Shown: positions 13,248 through 26,845 of the stretch, piece by piece
Layout: every line of letters begins with the position of its first letter
Position numbering within the stretch: the stretch's first letter is position 1
Program-made: the position numbers and the translations under genes
Assembly: GCA_028534125.1 (NCBI GenBank)
Contig: CM052818.1
Span: 15,440,001-15,504,000, forward strand
Length of the DNA stretch: 64,000 bases
Direction: 5' to 3'
Source: Lama glama
Lineage: Eukaryota
Notes under the pieces: model-generated
Told to the model about the DNA's origin: nothing
Database searches by the model: none
The model's input: the letters and a program-made list of their open reading frames with translations, nothing else

Positions 13248-14679
13248 TATAGTTTACTATTGCATCATGATTATAGTAAGTGGGAATTTGTAGAGTAGAA
13301 ATTATCTTCATTTTTCAGGCTTCAGTCCTAATTCCTAACATGTGATTCACCTATTTCCCCCTAGACAAACTTATTTACAGTCATTTTGCTACAAAAAAAT
13401 TCAAGGGGCTGGGTAAATTAGTGATGTGATCGTATACAACATAGATTTCTTGCAACTAAGGCTTTAAAAATTGACAAGAAATTATCCAAGTGATATCTTT
13501 GAACTCCATGTACACTCTGTATGTTACTTGCTTCTCTTTAGGGGCAGGCATGAAAGGCAGATAAAGATCCTTATGTTTTCTGTGTGCTTTCTAAGAAGGA
13601 CACATCCAACTAGAGGAGAGAATCACAAGGCTGAGCAGCAGGAGAGCTCAGAGAGTCACAGTCTATGCTTTTTGAAGAAGTCTCAGTGTGACACTATGGC
13701 CCTTAAATAATGGGATCCCTTCTCAGTCTGATTTTTCCTTCCCTAACAAACAATCCCCTTTTTAAACATGTTTGGGGAAGAGATGTTTGGGGTAGCTCTG
13801 TGTACAGTCCTGATTTGAACTGGCTCCCATCTATTCAAGGTGAGAGAGGAGGAATGATAAAATCCCTAATTAGAAAAGTTTTTAAGGAAACCCACATAAA
13901 CCTCTGCAACAAATGCCTTCATTTACATAAAGGAGGAAGATGAAGATGACAATGTAAATTCATAGTGTTTTTGGATGGTGTCAAGGAGCAAATCATTCTA
14001 CCATCGTTTTCTAGTTTAAACAAAGCAATTGGTGTTTTGTGAACAGCTCGGAAGTAGAAACAGAACAAAGAGCCATCTGTCAGCTACCTGCTCCTATCAC
14101 TCATCTAGACATAGTTCAACCTTTGCCTTCCAGGCTTGTGAGCATTCCAAAGATAGCTGGAAAGTTGTGTTTGTCCTATATATGGTGGTCATTGGGAAGC
14201 AAACAAATCAACTGAAATAGTGGACTCATAACAATGATTACATCTAGATAGTATTTTTAGAAAGGGGAAGGCTGTGTACTGGTACTTCATACACATGATT
14301 TAAAATATTTATTTCAACAAACCTAAGTTTCATATTACTCCCTTTATTTTACGAAGTAATGGAGGCTGGAAAAACTGTCTAAGCCCATACAGTTGGTAAA
14401 CACCAGAGCTGGAATTTGACTCTGACCCTGAGCTGACTTTAAATCTCACTCTTTCCAGGGCCTCTGTTTTCTTTCCGGTGGACAAGATAAATTGCTTTCT
14501 AGACATCGTAATTGTTCTCTCTCAGCAGGTTCCTTTTATGTTTGACTTTTTATTGTTTAAGTGTGAACTTGAGATAGCTTCCTAACAGTTACCTATTTCT
14601 ACTTCCCAGAGATACATCAGCACGGAAATAACTTAAAAGGTTCAGATGCATGAAAAGTAGGTGTTACTTCTGTCTATCT

Positions 14680-15580
14680 AATTGTCTATGGGCATCTAGG
14701 TCTGGATGTTCTATAGGAACCTCAAATTCAGGAAGTCAAAAAACTGAAGAAATTTTGCTCCACACTCTGATATTTCTCTTCTGTTTTTTCTCTCCATTTC
14801 TGTGAATGTCATCAGCCTCCACTTAGTTTGCTGATCTCTGAACTCAATTTTTACCCTAGATGCCTGTTCTTTAGCTTTGTCTTCTCTGTTTCCTCTTCAC
14901 ATTCCTTCAGCTAGTGCTTTATTTCAAGGTCTTTACCTTTTCTGACCTGGATTAGTTACTGTTGTATTGATGGTCTCCCTATGTGTTGCCTGTACCTTGA
15001 TCCAAATTCTCCCCTTCCACTGGAGAGAGCTTTTGCAAAATAAATAATGTGATGTTTTATTCCCCTGGCCAAAACCCTTCAAGACTCCCAGCATTCTAGT
15101 GTGACATACAAGGCTGTCCACGGTTTTATTTGCTTACTATTTTCTGCTTCCCATTGCGACAGGCTCTTCTGTCATTCCATCCCAAAGGCAAACATAAGTA
15201 CTGGAAATTCTCCAAATTTGTTTTTTGTAATACAGCTCATTCTGGTACAGCCTCACCCTTCTCCCCATGTTTGCATAGTAGGAGGTACCTATTTGTCTTT
15301 CGAGATTCAGCTCAAGAATAAACTCCTTTCCAAAGCCATTCTGACCTTTCCCTATAGGTAGCTATGTATTTGTGTCTCTATCCAAGCGTTCTCCTTTCTG
15401 CTGCCTCTCTGTACTCAGATGTCTCTTGTTGCCAGCATAACTTACTTCCTTCTTTACTTTTCTGTCTTCCTTGACTGGACTCTAAGTTCCTGATGGCAAG
15501 CTTTGTCTTACTCCTCCAGGATACAGCACAGTGCATGGGTCATAGTGAGTTCTCAGAAGTTTTGGTGAAACTAATTGAGA
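14680..15580 (+). mobile_element. LINE-2 (L2) 3' fragment
   Basis: L2-like GGGCATCTAGGTCTGGATGTTCTATAGGAACCTCAAATTCA ... CAGCACAGTGCATGGGTCATAGTGAGTTCTCAGAAG. Confidence 0.7.
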
Positions 15581-16850
15581 GTGGAAGTAAAATCTCGGGT
15601 CTAAAGATTCTAAAAGACATCAGACTGGCAATGATCTAAAGGAACAGATCAAGAAAGGACTGAATAGTGTGGATCTTACGTATTTTATATTTATCTTAGT
15701 CAAGAAGCTTGTAAGAGAATCTAAGTTAGTCTACAGAACATACTCTGAAGTTCCCTTTCTAGGTATCTATACACGAATTGTCATTTTCCTATGAATGTAC
15801 TTCAACATGAGTCTTGGCCTTAAACAGTGGCATAAATAACAGGTTCATCCCTAATAAAGTGGATGAGATACATTAGCTTAACAAGAGGTTGGCTCTAGTG
15901 AATGTAGTTGATAAAATATAGTATTTTCTCATGCCTATTATGAAATTGCATAACGTGGGCCAATGTAATGGCAATCACCTCAGAAAATTAGAAATGATAC
16001 ATTAAATAAATAAGATATAAGTAAAGAAAAAATTTAGAAAAATCAAACATCTAAAACCTGATAAAGTGAATTGTCTGTTTTCACACATATTCGTAATTTA
16101 TTTCACCCCAGCTTTCTGTGTTTAGCTCATTTGGAAATCATCTGTGGGTTGCAGCTGTTGCCTAAGTCATAGCATTTTATATTCTGAGATAATAAATATC
16201 AGTTTAGATTCCAGGGCCCCCAAACATCATCGACTTGTGTGTAAACTTCATTGCTTAAGGGAAGTGTAGTTATTGAGAATGTATGGTCATAATAACTTGG
16301 GTTTTTGAGAAATTATAAATGTTACTCTTTTTCCCTGTGTTTCTTCTTAAACCACTCTGTTTTACAGTCCACTATTGGATTATCAACTTTTTTCTTTAAA
16401 TTCATGTTGTTTGGTTGGAATAAAGAGCGTACAGGCTCACAAATGACAATTTTTTAACTGGGAGAAATAGATGAAATAAAATCAGTGCATAAACACCATT
16501 TTCCGTATGACTTTTCTTAATTGGGATTTTGGGATGAGATACCAATGACTGGCTCCAGGGTGAGGCAACAGGTTGTGGGCAGACGGGCTCTGGCGCTCAG
16601 ATATGCAGCCACCTTCCCTCACATATGGCTTTGTATATGTGCTTCAATTTGGTAAGTGGTTCTCAAGCATTGTTAGAAGCACATTTATCCAGCTGAGTCT
16701 TTTGAATTGTACATGACCCAGTCTACATTTACTAACATTTACTGATGGTGGTGACAGTGTCCTAGTGGTTTGTCATTTGTACTTGTTTAATTGTTTCACA
16801 TGTGTGAGTGTACTTACTGCACTCAAGAGTTATTGAATAACTTTTCTTTT

Positions 16851-17682
16851 TTTATCTCTTTATTTTCCCTTTTAAAAAAATTATCTTTCATTGTAGCACA
16901 GTTTACAATGTTGTGTCAATTTCTGGTGTACAGCATCATATTTCAGTCATACATATGCATACAATATATTACTTTTCATACTTTTCATTATAGTTACTGC
17001 AAGATATTGAATATAGTTCCCTGTGTTTATACTGAAGAAACATGTTGTTTATCTATTTTATATATAGTAGTTTGTATCTGCAAATCTCAAACTCCCAGTT
17101 TATCCCTTCCCACCCCCTTTTACCCCTGGTAACCATAGTTTGTTTTATATGTCTGTGAATCTGTTTCTCTTTTGTAAATATGTTCATTTGTGTCTCTTTT
17201 TAGATTCCACATATGAGAGATATTATATGGTATTTTTATTTCTCTTTCTGGCTTACTTCACTTAGAATGATGATCAAAATGACCATTATTGAAAAGTCCA
17301 CAAATGATAAATACTGGAGAGGGTGCGGAGAAAAGGGGACCCTCCTGCACTGCTGGTGGGAATGCAGTTTGGGGCAGCCACTATGGAAAGCAGTATGGAG
17401 ATTCCTCAAAAAACTAAAAATAGACTTAACATATGATCCAGAAATCCCACTCCTGGGCATACATCTGGAGGGAACTCTAATTCGAAAATACACATGCACC
17501 CCAATGTTCGTAGTAGCACTATTTATAATAGCCAAGACATGGAAACACCCTAAATGTCCATTGAGAGAGGACTGGATAAAGAAGCTGTGGTATATTTATA
17601 TAATGGAATACTACTCAGCTATAAAAAAGAGTAAGATAATGCCATTTGCAGCAACATGAATGGACCTGGAGATCGTCATTCT
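16851..17682 (-). mobile_element. Camelid-type L1, 5'-truncated with 5' inversion (element A)
   Basis: 16880-17275 is antisense L1 3'UTR and ORF2 end. 17276-17682 is sense ORF2 C-terminus ([17 protein letters not shown]...[21 protein letters not shown]...[19 protein letters not shown]). There is a 2-nt TC microhomology at the junction and a possible TSD CTTTTCTTTT / CTTTGTCTTTT. Confidence 0.9.
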
Positions 17683-17894
17683 TTGTCTTTTAGTTTTTGG
17701 GGTTTTTTTTCCTCTTCTCTCATTCACTCAATCATATTAACTGGGTCTTGAGCTCTTCAGTTCTGGGCTTGAGACCTATGTCATTTCTTTAAGGAAGAAA
17801 GTACTCTGTCCTTATTGAAAGTCCTTTCTCCTCACACTTTCCCCTCTCTTCATGCCGCCTCTCCATCTTCTCCTTTCTTACAGAGAAAGGAGGT

Positions 17895-18115
17895 TATCAT
17901 TTATTGGTGAGATATTATGTGCCAGGCCCAGGATTAGTCACTTCATCTGTATTATTACATCAGTTCACACAGCCACCTGATGAAGGAGAATCTATTACCT
18001 CACATTTAATCTATGAGAAAAACAGAGTCCAGTGTAACTTGCCTAAAAGTTTAGAGTTAGTAAGTAGCTAAGCCATGAACAGAATCCAGTTGTGTCTGAC
18101 TCAAAGTCCATTCTA
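17895..18115 (-). mobile_element. MIR
   Basis: TATTATGTGCCAGGC...TAACTTGCCTAAAAG...AGAATCCAGTTGTGTCTGACTCAAAGTCCA matches antisense MIR. Confidence 0.65.
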
Positions 18116-21100
18116 TTTTATTGCTTCATTTTTATTTTTTAATATATTTTTAAACTTAATTTACAGCTTCCAAGTGTTTTAGAAATCAAGACACTGAACT
18201 TGTTAGGAGATTTTTTTTTTTATGGCTATGAAATCTCTCACATTGGTTTGGGTTTCAGAGAAATTGCTTTTCCAAATGAATTTGTAGGAAAGTGAGGAGT
18301 GTACATGTAAGAGTGATTATTTTCAAAATTTAATTGAATGCTTATAGTTTTATAATTAAAACAATAATTGGAACATCAAGTATTCTGACAGCACTTAGAT
18401 TTTTTTTCAGAGCAATAGATACTTTAATAAAGGATCTATTTAATAGAGACCTTTACAAGTTGAACAAATGCAGAGCTCTCTCTCCCAGCCTGACTAGGAT
18501 GTCAGCCACCTGCACTCAGAGTTTGAATGATGGAGCTGTCATTTAGGTTGGTATTTGAAATCAGACTATTGCTGTGAATTTCTAAATTACAAAGTAAAGA
18601 GAGGATGGTTGGTTTATCAGTAAGATATGAAAATCATCTTCCAGTTCTTCCCCCCAAATGTCCCAGTTTAGAAGTCATGAAATATTTTCCCTGATTTTGG
18701 GTAATACCAGACCACTTCTTAATCAGATCAAAAAATAAATTATTTTCCTTTTAAAATCTGAATATTTACTCACATTCCAGTGTGCATTTAACATTGTGCT
18801 TGATATTATGGGTAATATAAATGTACTCTGAGATGTGGTACTTGACCCCAAGAAGTCTAAAATCTAGTTAGGCTTGGAATATATTTGTTGAAATAAATAT
18901 ATATCAGTTTCAATAGATTTTGAAAATCAGGAAGAGGAAAATCTTAAGTGTAAACTCCACAAGTGATATTCTTCTTTATTCTGTGGAAAATTTTCATTAG
19001 GGTGTTTTTGTTTCATTAGAGCAAGACGGTTACGCCCTCCAATAGAAATCAGAAAACTGACATAAAGGCAACAATTCCCACTCCAGTGGGTGATAACAAC
19101 TTACCGAATAGTCTAGGTTGCAGTAATACAGGACATTTGAATCTCGGAGAAAACTAAAAGGTTCTTAGTATAGTCAACATGCTTCTAAGTCGGGGGATAC
19201 CTCAGATGTCATATTAAGATTCTTAGTCTAATTGAAGGGTACATAGGTATGTTGTGGGGGGCAGTATATGTGGGGCAGGAAAACACAAATGAAACAGATT
19301 AGCTTATGGAGAAATATGTGCAGGAAGTACCTCAACACTGTATTAAAGACAGTAAGCAGTTCACCTTCTAATCTTTCATTGTAAAACTGTGAATAGATTC
19401 GTAATCAGAATTAGATCTTAGATTTTTCATCTTTTCTAGAATTACTAGGCAAAGCCACGTTAGCTTGATGATTGTCTTCCCTACTGATGCTGAACGTTGG
19501 ACAAAGCGTTATGATATAGTTGTTATGGTGATGAGAAGGAGAAGCAAATTCTACATCATTTTGTAATGTGGAGGGTATTTGGGTCACAAAGCCATCTGTG
19601 AGAGCCTCCTGCTGTGGGATTGATACCTCACACTGCCCACTCCCATCACGCGGGTGTACATCACGAGGTCAGTAAATGTTCCAAATACCTTGTAAGCCAG
19701 AGTGATCTCTATTCTTACTACGTTGCCTCGTATCTTAAGAGGAGAGGAACTAAGGGAAAATTTTTTCTTAAGTAGATAAAATGTATTGGTAATTACAGTT
19801 TTCTACTTAGTCAAGTTCAGTTTGACATTTGGATGCAGACTTGGTGTAATTTTGTAAAAAATTACAATTCTTAGAGTAGATTCTCAATGAAAATGTATTT
19901 TATTTCGTATGTGTTAACTCTGTGCTAGGAAATCAAATGACCCTGATCTTTTTCATGCCTTTGGAAAAGGGGAACATTATATAATGTATGACATCTTGGT
20001 TTTTGTTGCCTAGGTAAAACTTTCTCCCTGAAATCTGGCTAACACTTTGCTGATTTTCCATGTTATACACATGAAAGATCAGTTTGCTAGATAAATGGTG
20101 AATACTGGTCTCATTTTTAATTACAAATAAATTAGGTAAGTTTATGGGTTGACCAAGTAGGCTAATATAAAAAACAGGTTTTGGGTTTTTTTAGCTAATC
20201 CTATTGCTATTTTTCCTTGGAAAATGTGTTATATGGTGATTTCCAAGTTCAGATGTAATGATTTTGGATTGTAATTCCAAAATTACTACATCTCTCTACT
20301 CATAATTTCAAAAGCCTGTAGCTTTTAAGATTTGATGTGAACATAGGAAAAAGACCACAATATATAATCAAAACAGTTTTAGTGGAGAAATTTGAGTCAA
20401 TCAATTTTCAGTAAAGGGTAACAATTCTTATGATCAAGGATATGGGTAAATTGGATTTGTTAAAGTAACAACCTTTGTCCTAATCTCATTTCCGTATCTT
20501 TATGGTTTTCTAAATCATAAATGACACTTTAATTCTTTCTGCCTCCTTTCTTCCCTTTCTCTTTATATCCCCGCTATCTAAGTCAGTCAGAAATTAATTC
20601 CTGTAAGCTCCTTTGCAATATTTCTTGAATCTTTATCTTACCTTTTTGTTTTCCTTTGTCACCAATCAAATCTAGGCCTTTACTTTCTCATACTTAGGTT
20701 ATTCCTTTGTTCTCTAAAATAATTTTCCTCCCACTAATATTGTTTCCCTAAAGGTCACAGTTTATATGGTTGCTGGACTAATCTTCTATATATACAGTTT
20801 TCATTAAGTTCTCCTTTACAAAAGCAAATGCTCTTTTACACTCAGTTATAATAGCAATTTGCACCTTTATTATAAAGACCCATTTCCTTTTCCTAGTGTA
20901 CACCACGTTCCACCATGTTCCTCCATTCTGCGTTCCCAACCATATCTTCACTTTAATCCTTTCCTGGATTCTGTGCTGCAGCCAGAGTGGTTTAATGGCC
21001 ATAACATTCCATCTTCTTATGGACTGGTCATCCACTCTCCACCCCCAGCACTCCAGTCTGTGTTGGCTTCGCTTAATTCTGTCAAAATCTAAGGTCCAAC

Positions 21101-21289
21101 ACAAAGTTTACCTCCTTGATAAAAATTTTTGATGAGACTATCCTGCAATGCTTTCGTCTCTCTCTGAACTTCTACAGCACTCATATCTGTACACCTTCAT
21201 GGTGACCTGGAGTCCACGTGTTTGTATATGTGTGTATGTGTGTATTTATATATGTACACATATACAACTCTTTCACACACACATCTATA

Positions 21290-21975
21290 GATATTTGGGG
21301 TCAGGCTTATTGGGCTTTAAAATATTCTGTTCTTGCTGTTTAAAAGCCACATGATCTTGGATAAATTGCCAAACTTTTCTTAAATATGTATTTTCTTATG
21401 TAAAATGGGATAACAAAGAGTAATTACCTTTGTTAATGTCTGAGGGCCGTCATAACAAGGTACTGCAAACTTGATGGTTGAAAACAACAGGAATTTATTC
21501 TCTTACAGTTCTGGATGCTAGAGGTCTGAATTCCAGGTGTTGGCAGGGTCGTCTGAAGGCTCTAGGGGAGGGTCTCTTCTTGCTTCCGGAAGCTTCCTGG
21601 CTTCCGGTGGTTGCTGGCATTCCTTGGCTTTAGACTCCACCCAGTCTCTGCCTCTGTCTTCACATGGCATCCTCTCTGTGTGTCTGTTTCTGTTTTCTTT
21701 TTTCAGAAGGACACCAGTCATAGGGTTAGGGCCCATCCTGTTCCAGTATGACTTCATCTTCACTAATTACATCTGTAAAGTCTATTTCCAAATAAGGTCA
21801 CATTCTGAGATTCAAGGTGGACATGAATTTTGTGGGGACAATATTTAATCCAGTGTACTATCTCAAAATTGTTCTAAGGATTTTAATGAGAAGATCCGTG
21901 TAAAGTGTTTGATGAGGTGCACTGGTACATGGTAAGTGCTTGCAACGTTTGATATTGATATTATTGTTACTACTG
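21290..21975 (+). mobile_element. MIR split by an MLT1 LTR (halves ~21290-21430 and ~21860-21975)
   Basis: The left half ends TGTAAAATGGGATAAC and the right half resumes TCTCAAAATTGTTCTAAGGATTTTAATGAG...TGTAAAGTG...CATGGTAAGTGCT, collinear with the MIR consensus. Confidence 0.6.
21431..21858 (-). mobile_element. MaLR solo LTR (MLT1B/C-like)
   Basis: CATAACAAGGTAC...AACAACAGGAATTTATTCTCTTACAGTTCTGG...AGGACACCAGTCATAGGGTTAGGGCCCATCC...TTTCCAAATAAGGTCACATTCTGAG. Confidence 0.85.
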
Positions 21976-22419
21976 TTACTACTGGACAAGTTTCCTTGAT
22001 ATCATCAAGGGATCATGTATACAAAATTAGAGGCTTTAGCCATTTGGTCATGCCTGTTCAAGATGTTTTTAAAATCCAAAGCTCAAATATTTAATAAAGA
22101 GAAAACCATGCTCTATAAAAGGCAATAGTTATCAAGAATTCAGTAACTTCCTTTTTATCATGATAAAGTCATACATGTCAATGATTACCTGCAGAGACTT
22201 TCAGGATTCTCACGCCTGTTTTTGATTAAAAAAACTAACTACTTTAACACTATTAGAAGCTCTTGACAATGCACACATTTATAAAAATTCAGGCATAAAA
22301 GGTAGAAAAGGGACAAAACTTCAGAAGGATGATTGAATTGCTTTTAGTCTGGTTGAGACAAGGAAAAAGAGTTAAGGACAGAATAAGGATACCCCCAGAG
22401 GAAGATGCTATCTGAGCTG

Positions 22420-22900
22420 AGATATTAGAAAGCTTAACTGTTCAGTTTCTGTTGGGCTTTATTCTTCTGTACCAAGGAAAATAACTTAACTGACAAACAT
22501 AGGATAAAGAAACATAATTAAGAGAAACTGGAAGCTCCAAACAGCTAACTTTGAGTTGCTTACTCTTTTGAATCAAGTCACTGCTTCAGAAGTGAATACT
22601 TTTGAGACAGAGGTTGAACAAAGATGCAGAGGTGGGAAAACAGCCACTATTGCTGATTTTCAAGAATTGCAGAAAATGGGAGAAGTGCTAGAGAAAAAAA
22701 GGCCTTGTAGAATTCCTGGCATAATAGCTAGTATTTACCATACTGTTCTTAAGTGGGCTAATAAAGTTGATCTCTCCCCCAAGCAAATTTTAGAAAACTG
22801 ACTGTGGAATTCACTAAGAGTAACTAGGTCAAACTTAAGTCATTTTCTTTTACAGTAACTGATATAGGAATGAAACAATCTAAGTATTTGGATATCAGAA
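22420..22900 (+). mobile_element. CR1/L3 LINE RT-region fossil
   Basis: ORF 22556-22801 contains FQELQKMGEVLEK, resembling CR1 FEKSWxxGEVPEDW. Downstream TTCACTAAGAGTAACTAGGTCAAACTTAAGTCATTTTC resembles the GFTKGKSCLTNLISF coding block. Confidence 0.5.
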
Positions 22901-24789
22901 TATCTGACAAAACTTCTTAGGTTGTTCTCAGTATCAAGGGTAATAAATATGGGAATGACAGTATCATAGTTTGGGAAATTTGTAAATGACAACACAACTT
23001 TATCCAAGGAATTTTTCACTGTGAATAAAACTTGGAAAAAGTCTAATAGGTGGGAAGGTGGACTCACCTTTCAAAATTATCATAATAAGGATTTCTGGTC
23101 AAGATAGTATCATGAGTTAACACTGTAATGTATTTTCTCTGCTTCAAACACATAAACTATACAAGACAAAATAAGAAAGCACATTACTGTGCTAAAAAAA
23201 AAAAGCAAAAATATAAAGAAAAAGGATCTCCATGGATCTGAAACAAATGAAGAACAAAAAATGGTGCATGTAGCTGGACTACACACCTCCCAGCCTGGGA
23301 CCTCAGTAGAGCTGTGGTTCTGTTTGACCCTTGAGGAAGAAAGTGGACTTAAGTACTCCACTGGGAATAGGGCCCTGGAGGAGCCTCCTTGATTGCATCC
23401 AAGGACTGCACAGGAGGCTTATGGAAGAAAACTGAGAGGGAACAAAAAAACCTGCCATTATATGGGCCATTGGATGTAAACAACCAGCTGAACTAGAGAA
23501 ACGGGAAGTCCTACATAACCTCCCAACCAGGACTGAACTAAGCTTTACTAACTGGATTTGCAATTTTATCAACGTCACAATGGACAAGAACCTCCAAGTT
23601 CCATTAACACATCTAAGGTTCCTGAGGAAAGTGACAAGTGTAAAACCTTTCCATGTGAAGGGAAGAACACAGAGAAAGATGGAGAGAGAAAATAACATTA
23701 GAAAACAAAAACTAAATATTGAAAATGAGCTTGCAAACCAAAGTTCCAAAACACGAGTAAATGTAATGCTCAAAAGACAGCCCATTAACACTTATAATGT
23801 TGATTTAGTCCCAAAGAAATGAATCATAACAACAGTAGCACAAAGGATTTAAAATAAGTTTGTCTAGAATGTTCAATACAATTTTTATGAAAGAGCATGA
23901 TATTATAAAATATATAAGCATAAATAAAACAAGGACAGATGCTTATGTAAAATAAGCATCATTAATGAAAAAGACAGTCATGGAAATGTTTTAAAATGGA
24001 GCAAATTAGATGAATTCTAGACTGTACGTGGTGAGCGAGTTTGTGAACCAGAAGATGATGCTGAAGAATTCACTCAAACCAACACTTGGAGACTAAGAAT
24101 ACAAATTAGCAGGTAGAGCTATAGAAAGGAAGCTAAAAGCTTGCAACATTCATCTAAAGGCGCTTGAGGGGCGAGTGGCAAGAACTGTGGAGCATCAATG
24201 TTTGAAGAAGTAAAATCTACACATTTCCAGGATTAATTCCTTGAATCCTGGTTTGAAAAGATGAGTAAAATAAATCTACAATTTGAAAGATTATTGTGAA
24301 ACTATAGGATATAAGCCATAAAGAGAAACTATTAAACCAGAAAGACAAGGTCAGTTTCCTTCAAAGGAATTAACACTTAGTTGGACAGTTGACTTCTTAA
24401 CATGAGTAGATACTAGAAACTAGCAGAACAGTGGCTTCAAAGTGATGCAATCAGATAATATTCAGCCTAGAATTTTACTCTTAACTGTACTAGCAATCAG
24501 GAGTTTTTTTCCCCCAGACGTATAATGAGAGTTACAATTTTTATTAAAATTACTTTAGGAGAAAAAATATTTTTAGCACAGAAGTTAAAACCACATAATA
24601 TATATACTGACTGTATAATGATATTTTAAAAAGATGACTGTAAATCATTGGACAAGAATTAAAGGGGGCAGGAGAATAATATGCAATAAGTAGTGGAACT
24701 GCAGATCTGACATATTTGGATGAGATGAAAATTTAGAACAACTTTTGCTTTGTTATAATAATTCATAGTGTTAGAAATTTAGGGATAGC

Positions 24790-26845
24790 TACCACCTCAC
24801 ACCTAGTAGGATGGCTACTATTGAAAAATATCAAGTGTTGCTTGATTTAGAATGACGATCTCCGGGTCCATCAGTGTTACTACAAATGGCATTATTTTAT
24901 TCTTTTTCATGGCTAAGTAGTATTCTGTTGTATAAATAACACCACAGCTTCTTTATCCAGTCATCTCTCAATGGACATTTAGGTTATTTCCTTGTCTTGG
25001 CTATTGTATATAGTGCTGCTATGAATTTGGGGTGCATGTATCTTTTTCAATTAGAGTTCCCTCTAGATACATGCCCAGGAGTGGGATTGCTGGATCATAT
25101 GTTAAGTCTATTTTTAGTTTTTTGAGGAATCTCCATACTGTTTTCCATAATGGCTGCACCAAACTACATTCTCACCAGCAGTGTAGGAGGGTTCCCTTTT
25201 CTCCACACCCTCTCCAGCATTTATTGTTTGTGGACTTTTTGATGATGACCATTCTGACTGGTGTGAGGTGATATCTCATTGTTGTTTTGATTTGCATTTC
25301 TATGATAATTAGCAATACTGAGCATTTTTTTTTCATGTATCTATTGGCCATTTGTATGTCTTCATTGGAGAATTGCTTGTTTAGGTCTTTTGCCCATTTT
25401 TGGATTGGGGTTTTTTTTTGTTGTTGTTATTAAGTCATATGAGCTATTTACATAATCTGGAAATTAAATCTTTGTCAGTCATATCATTTGCAAATATTTT
25501 CTCCCATTCCATAGGTTGTTGTTTTGTTCATGGTTTCCTTTGCTGTGCAAAAGCTTATAAGTTTTATTAAGTCCCATTTGTTAATTTTTGCTTTTATTTC
25601 TATTGCCTGGGTAGACTGCCCTAGGAGAACATTGCTAAGATTTATGTCAGAATGTTTTGTCTATGTTTTCTTCTAGGAAGTTTATAGTTTCTTGTCTTAC
25701 ATTTAAGTCTTTAAGCCATTTTGAGTTTATTTTTGTATATGATATGAGGGAATGTTCTAAGTTCATTGATTTACATGTGGCTGTCCAGTTTTTCCAACAC
25801 CACTTGCTGAAGAGACTGTCTTTTCTCCATTGTATAAAACAAACAAAAAAAGGGACAGTAATGAATTTATCTACAAAACAGAAACAGACTTGCAGACATA
25901 GTAAACAATCTTATGGTTACCAGGGGAAAGGGAGTGGGAAGGGATAAATCTGGGAGTTTGAGATTTGCAAATATTAACCACTATATATAAAAATAGATTA
26001 AAAAAATAAATTTCTGCTGTACAGCACAGGAAAGTATATTCAGTATCATGTAATAACTTTTATTGAAAAAGAATATGGTAAAAATACATGCATATATATG
26101 CATAACTGGGGCATTGTGCTGTATACCAGAAATCGACACATTGTCACTGACTACTTCAATTAAAAAAAAAATCAAACGTTGGAAAGGATGTGGAGAAATT
26201 GAAACCCTTGTGTCCTATTGGTGGGCGCATAAGATGGTGCTGCTCTTATGGGAAATGGTGTGTGGGTTCCTTCAAAACTTAAAAATAAAATTACCAAGTG
26301 ATCTAATGATTCCACTTCTGGGTATATATCTAAAAGAATTAAAAGCGGGTCTTGAAGATTTATTTGTACACCCAAATTCACAGCAGCATTATTCACAATA
26401 GCTAAAAGGTGGGCACATCCAAATGTTCATTGACAGATGAATGGGTAAGCCAAATGTGGGATATACATACAAAGGCATATTATTCAGCCTTAAAAAGGAA
26501 GGAAATTCTCACACATGCTACAACGTGGATGAACCTTGAAGACATTAACAAAATGACAAAGACTGTGTGATTTGAACTCTACTTAGGAGTTACCTAGAGT
26601 AGTTAAATTTATAGAGACAGAAAGTAGAAATGGTAGTTGCCAGGGGCTGGGGGGGAGTGTGGATGGAGGGTTATTGTTTAATAGGTACAGAGTTTCAATT
26701 TTGCAAGACAAAAAGAATTCTGGAGATGAATGGTGGTAATGGTTGCATAAAAATGTGGATGTGTTTAATACCACTGAACTGCGCATCTAAAAATAGTTAA
26801 GACTGTAGGTTTTGTTATGTGTATTTTAACACAATAAAAACTTGG
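24790..26845 (+). mobile_element. L1MB-like 3' fragment, interrupted by a younger L1
   Basis: ACCACCTCACACCTAGTAGGATGGCTAC...AAGTGTTG at 24791-24840 resumes as GAAAGGATGTGGAGAAATTGAAACCC at 26182, and ends with 3'UTR ...TATTTTAACACAATAAAAA. Confidence 0.8.
24841..26170 (+). mobile_element. Camelid-type L1, 5'-truncated with 5' inversion (element B)
   Basis: 24841-25836 is antisense ORF2 and 25837-26170 is sense 3'UTR plus polyA. TSD AAAAATATCAAGTGTTG (24824-24840) / AAAAAAATCAAACGTTG (26165-26181), 14/17 identical. Confidence 0.9.

Noticed and set aside
17213..17659. 148-aa ORF with a Cys/His-rich motif
   Set aside because: It is the L1 ORF2 C-terminus fused across the inversion junction, not a host gene.
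17276..24840. Reading the 7.6 kb between the 20-bp direct repeats as one large insertion with a TSD
   Set aside because: Element B has its own TSD, and the older L1s are collinear across B, so two separate insertions are more parsimonious.
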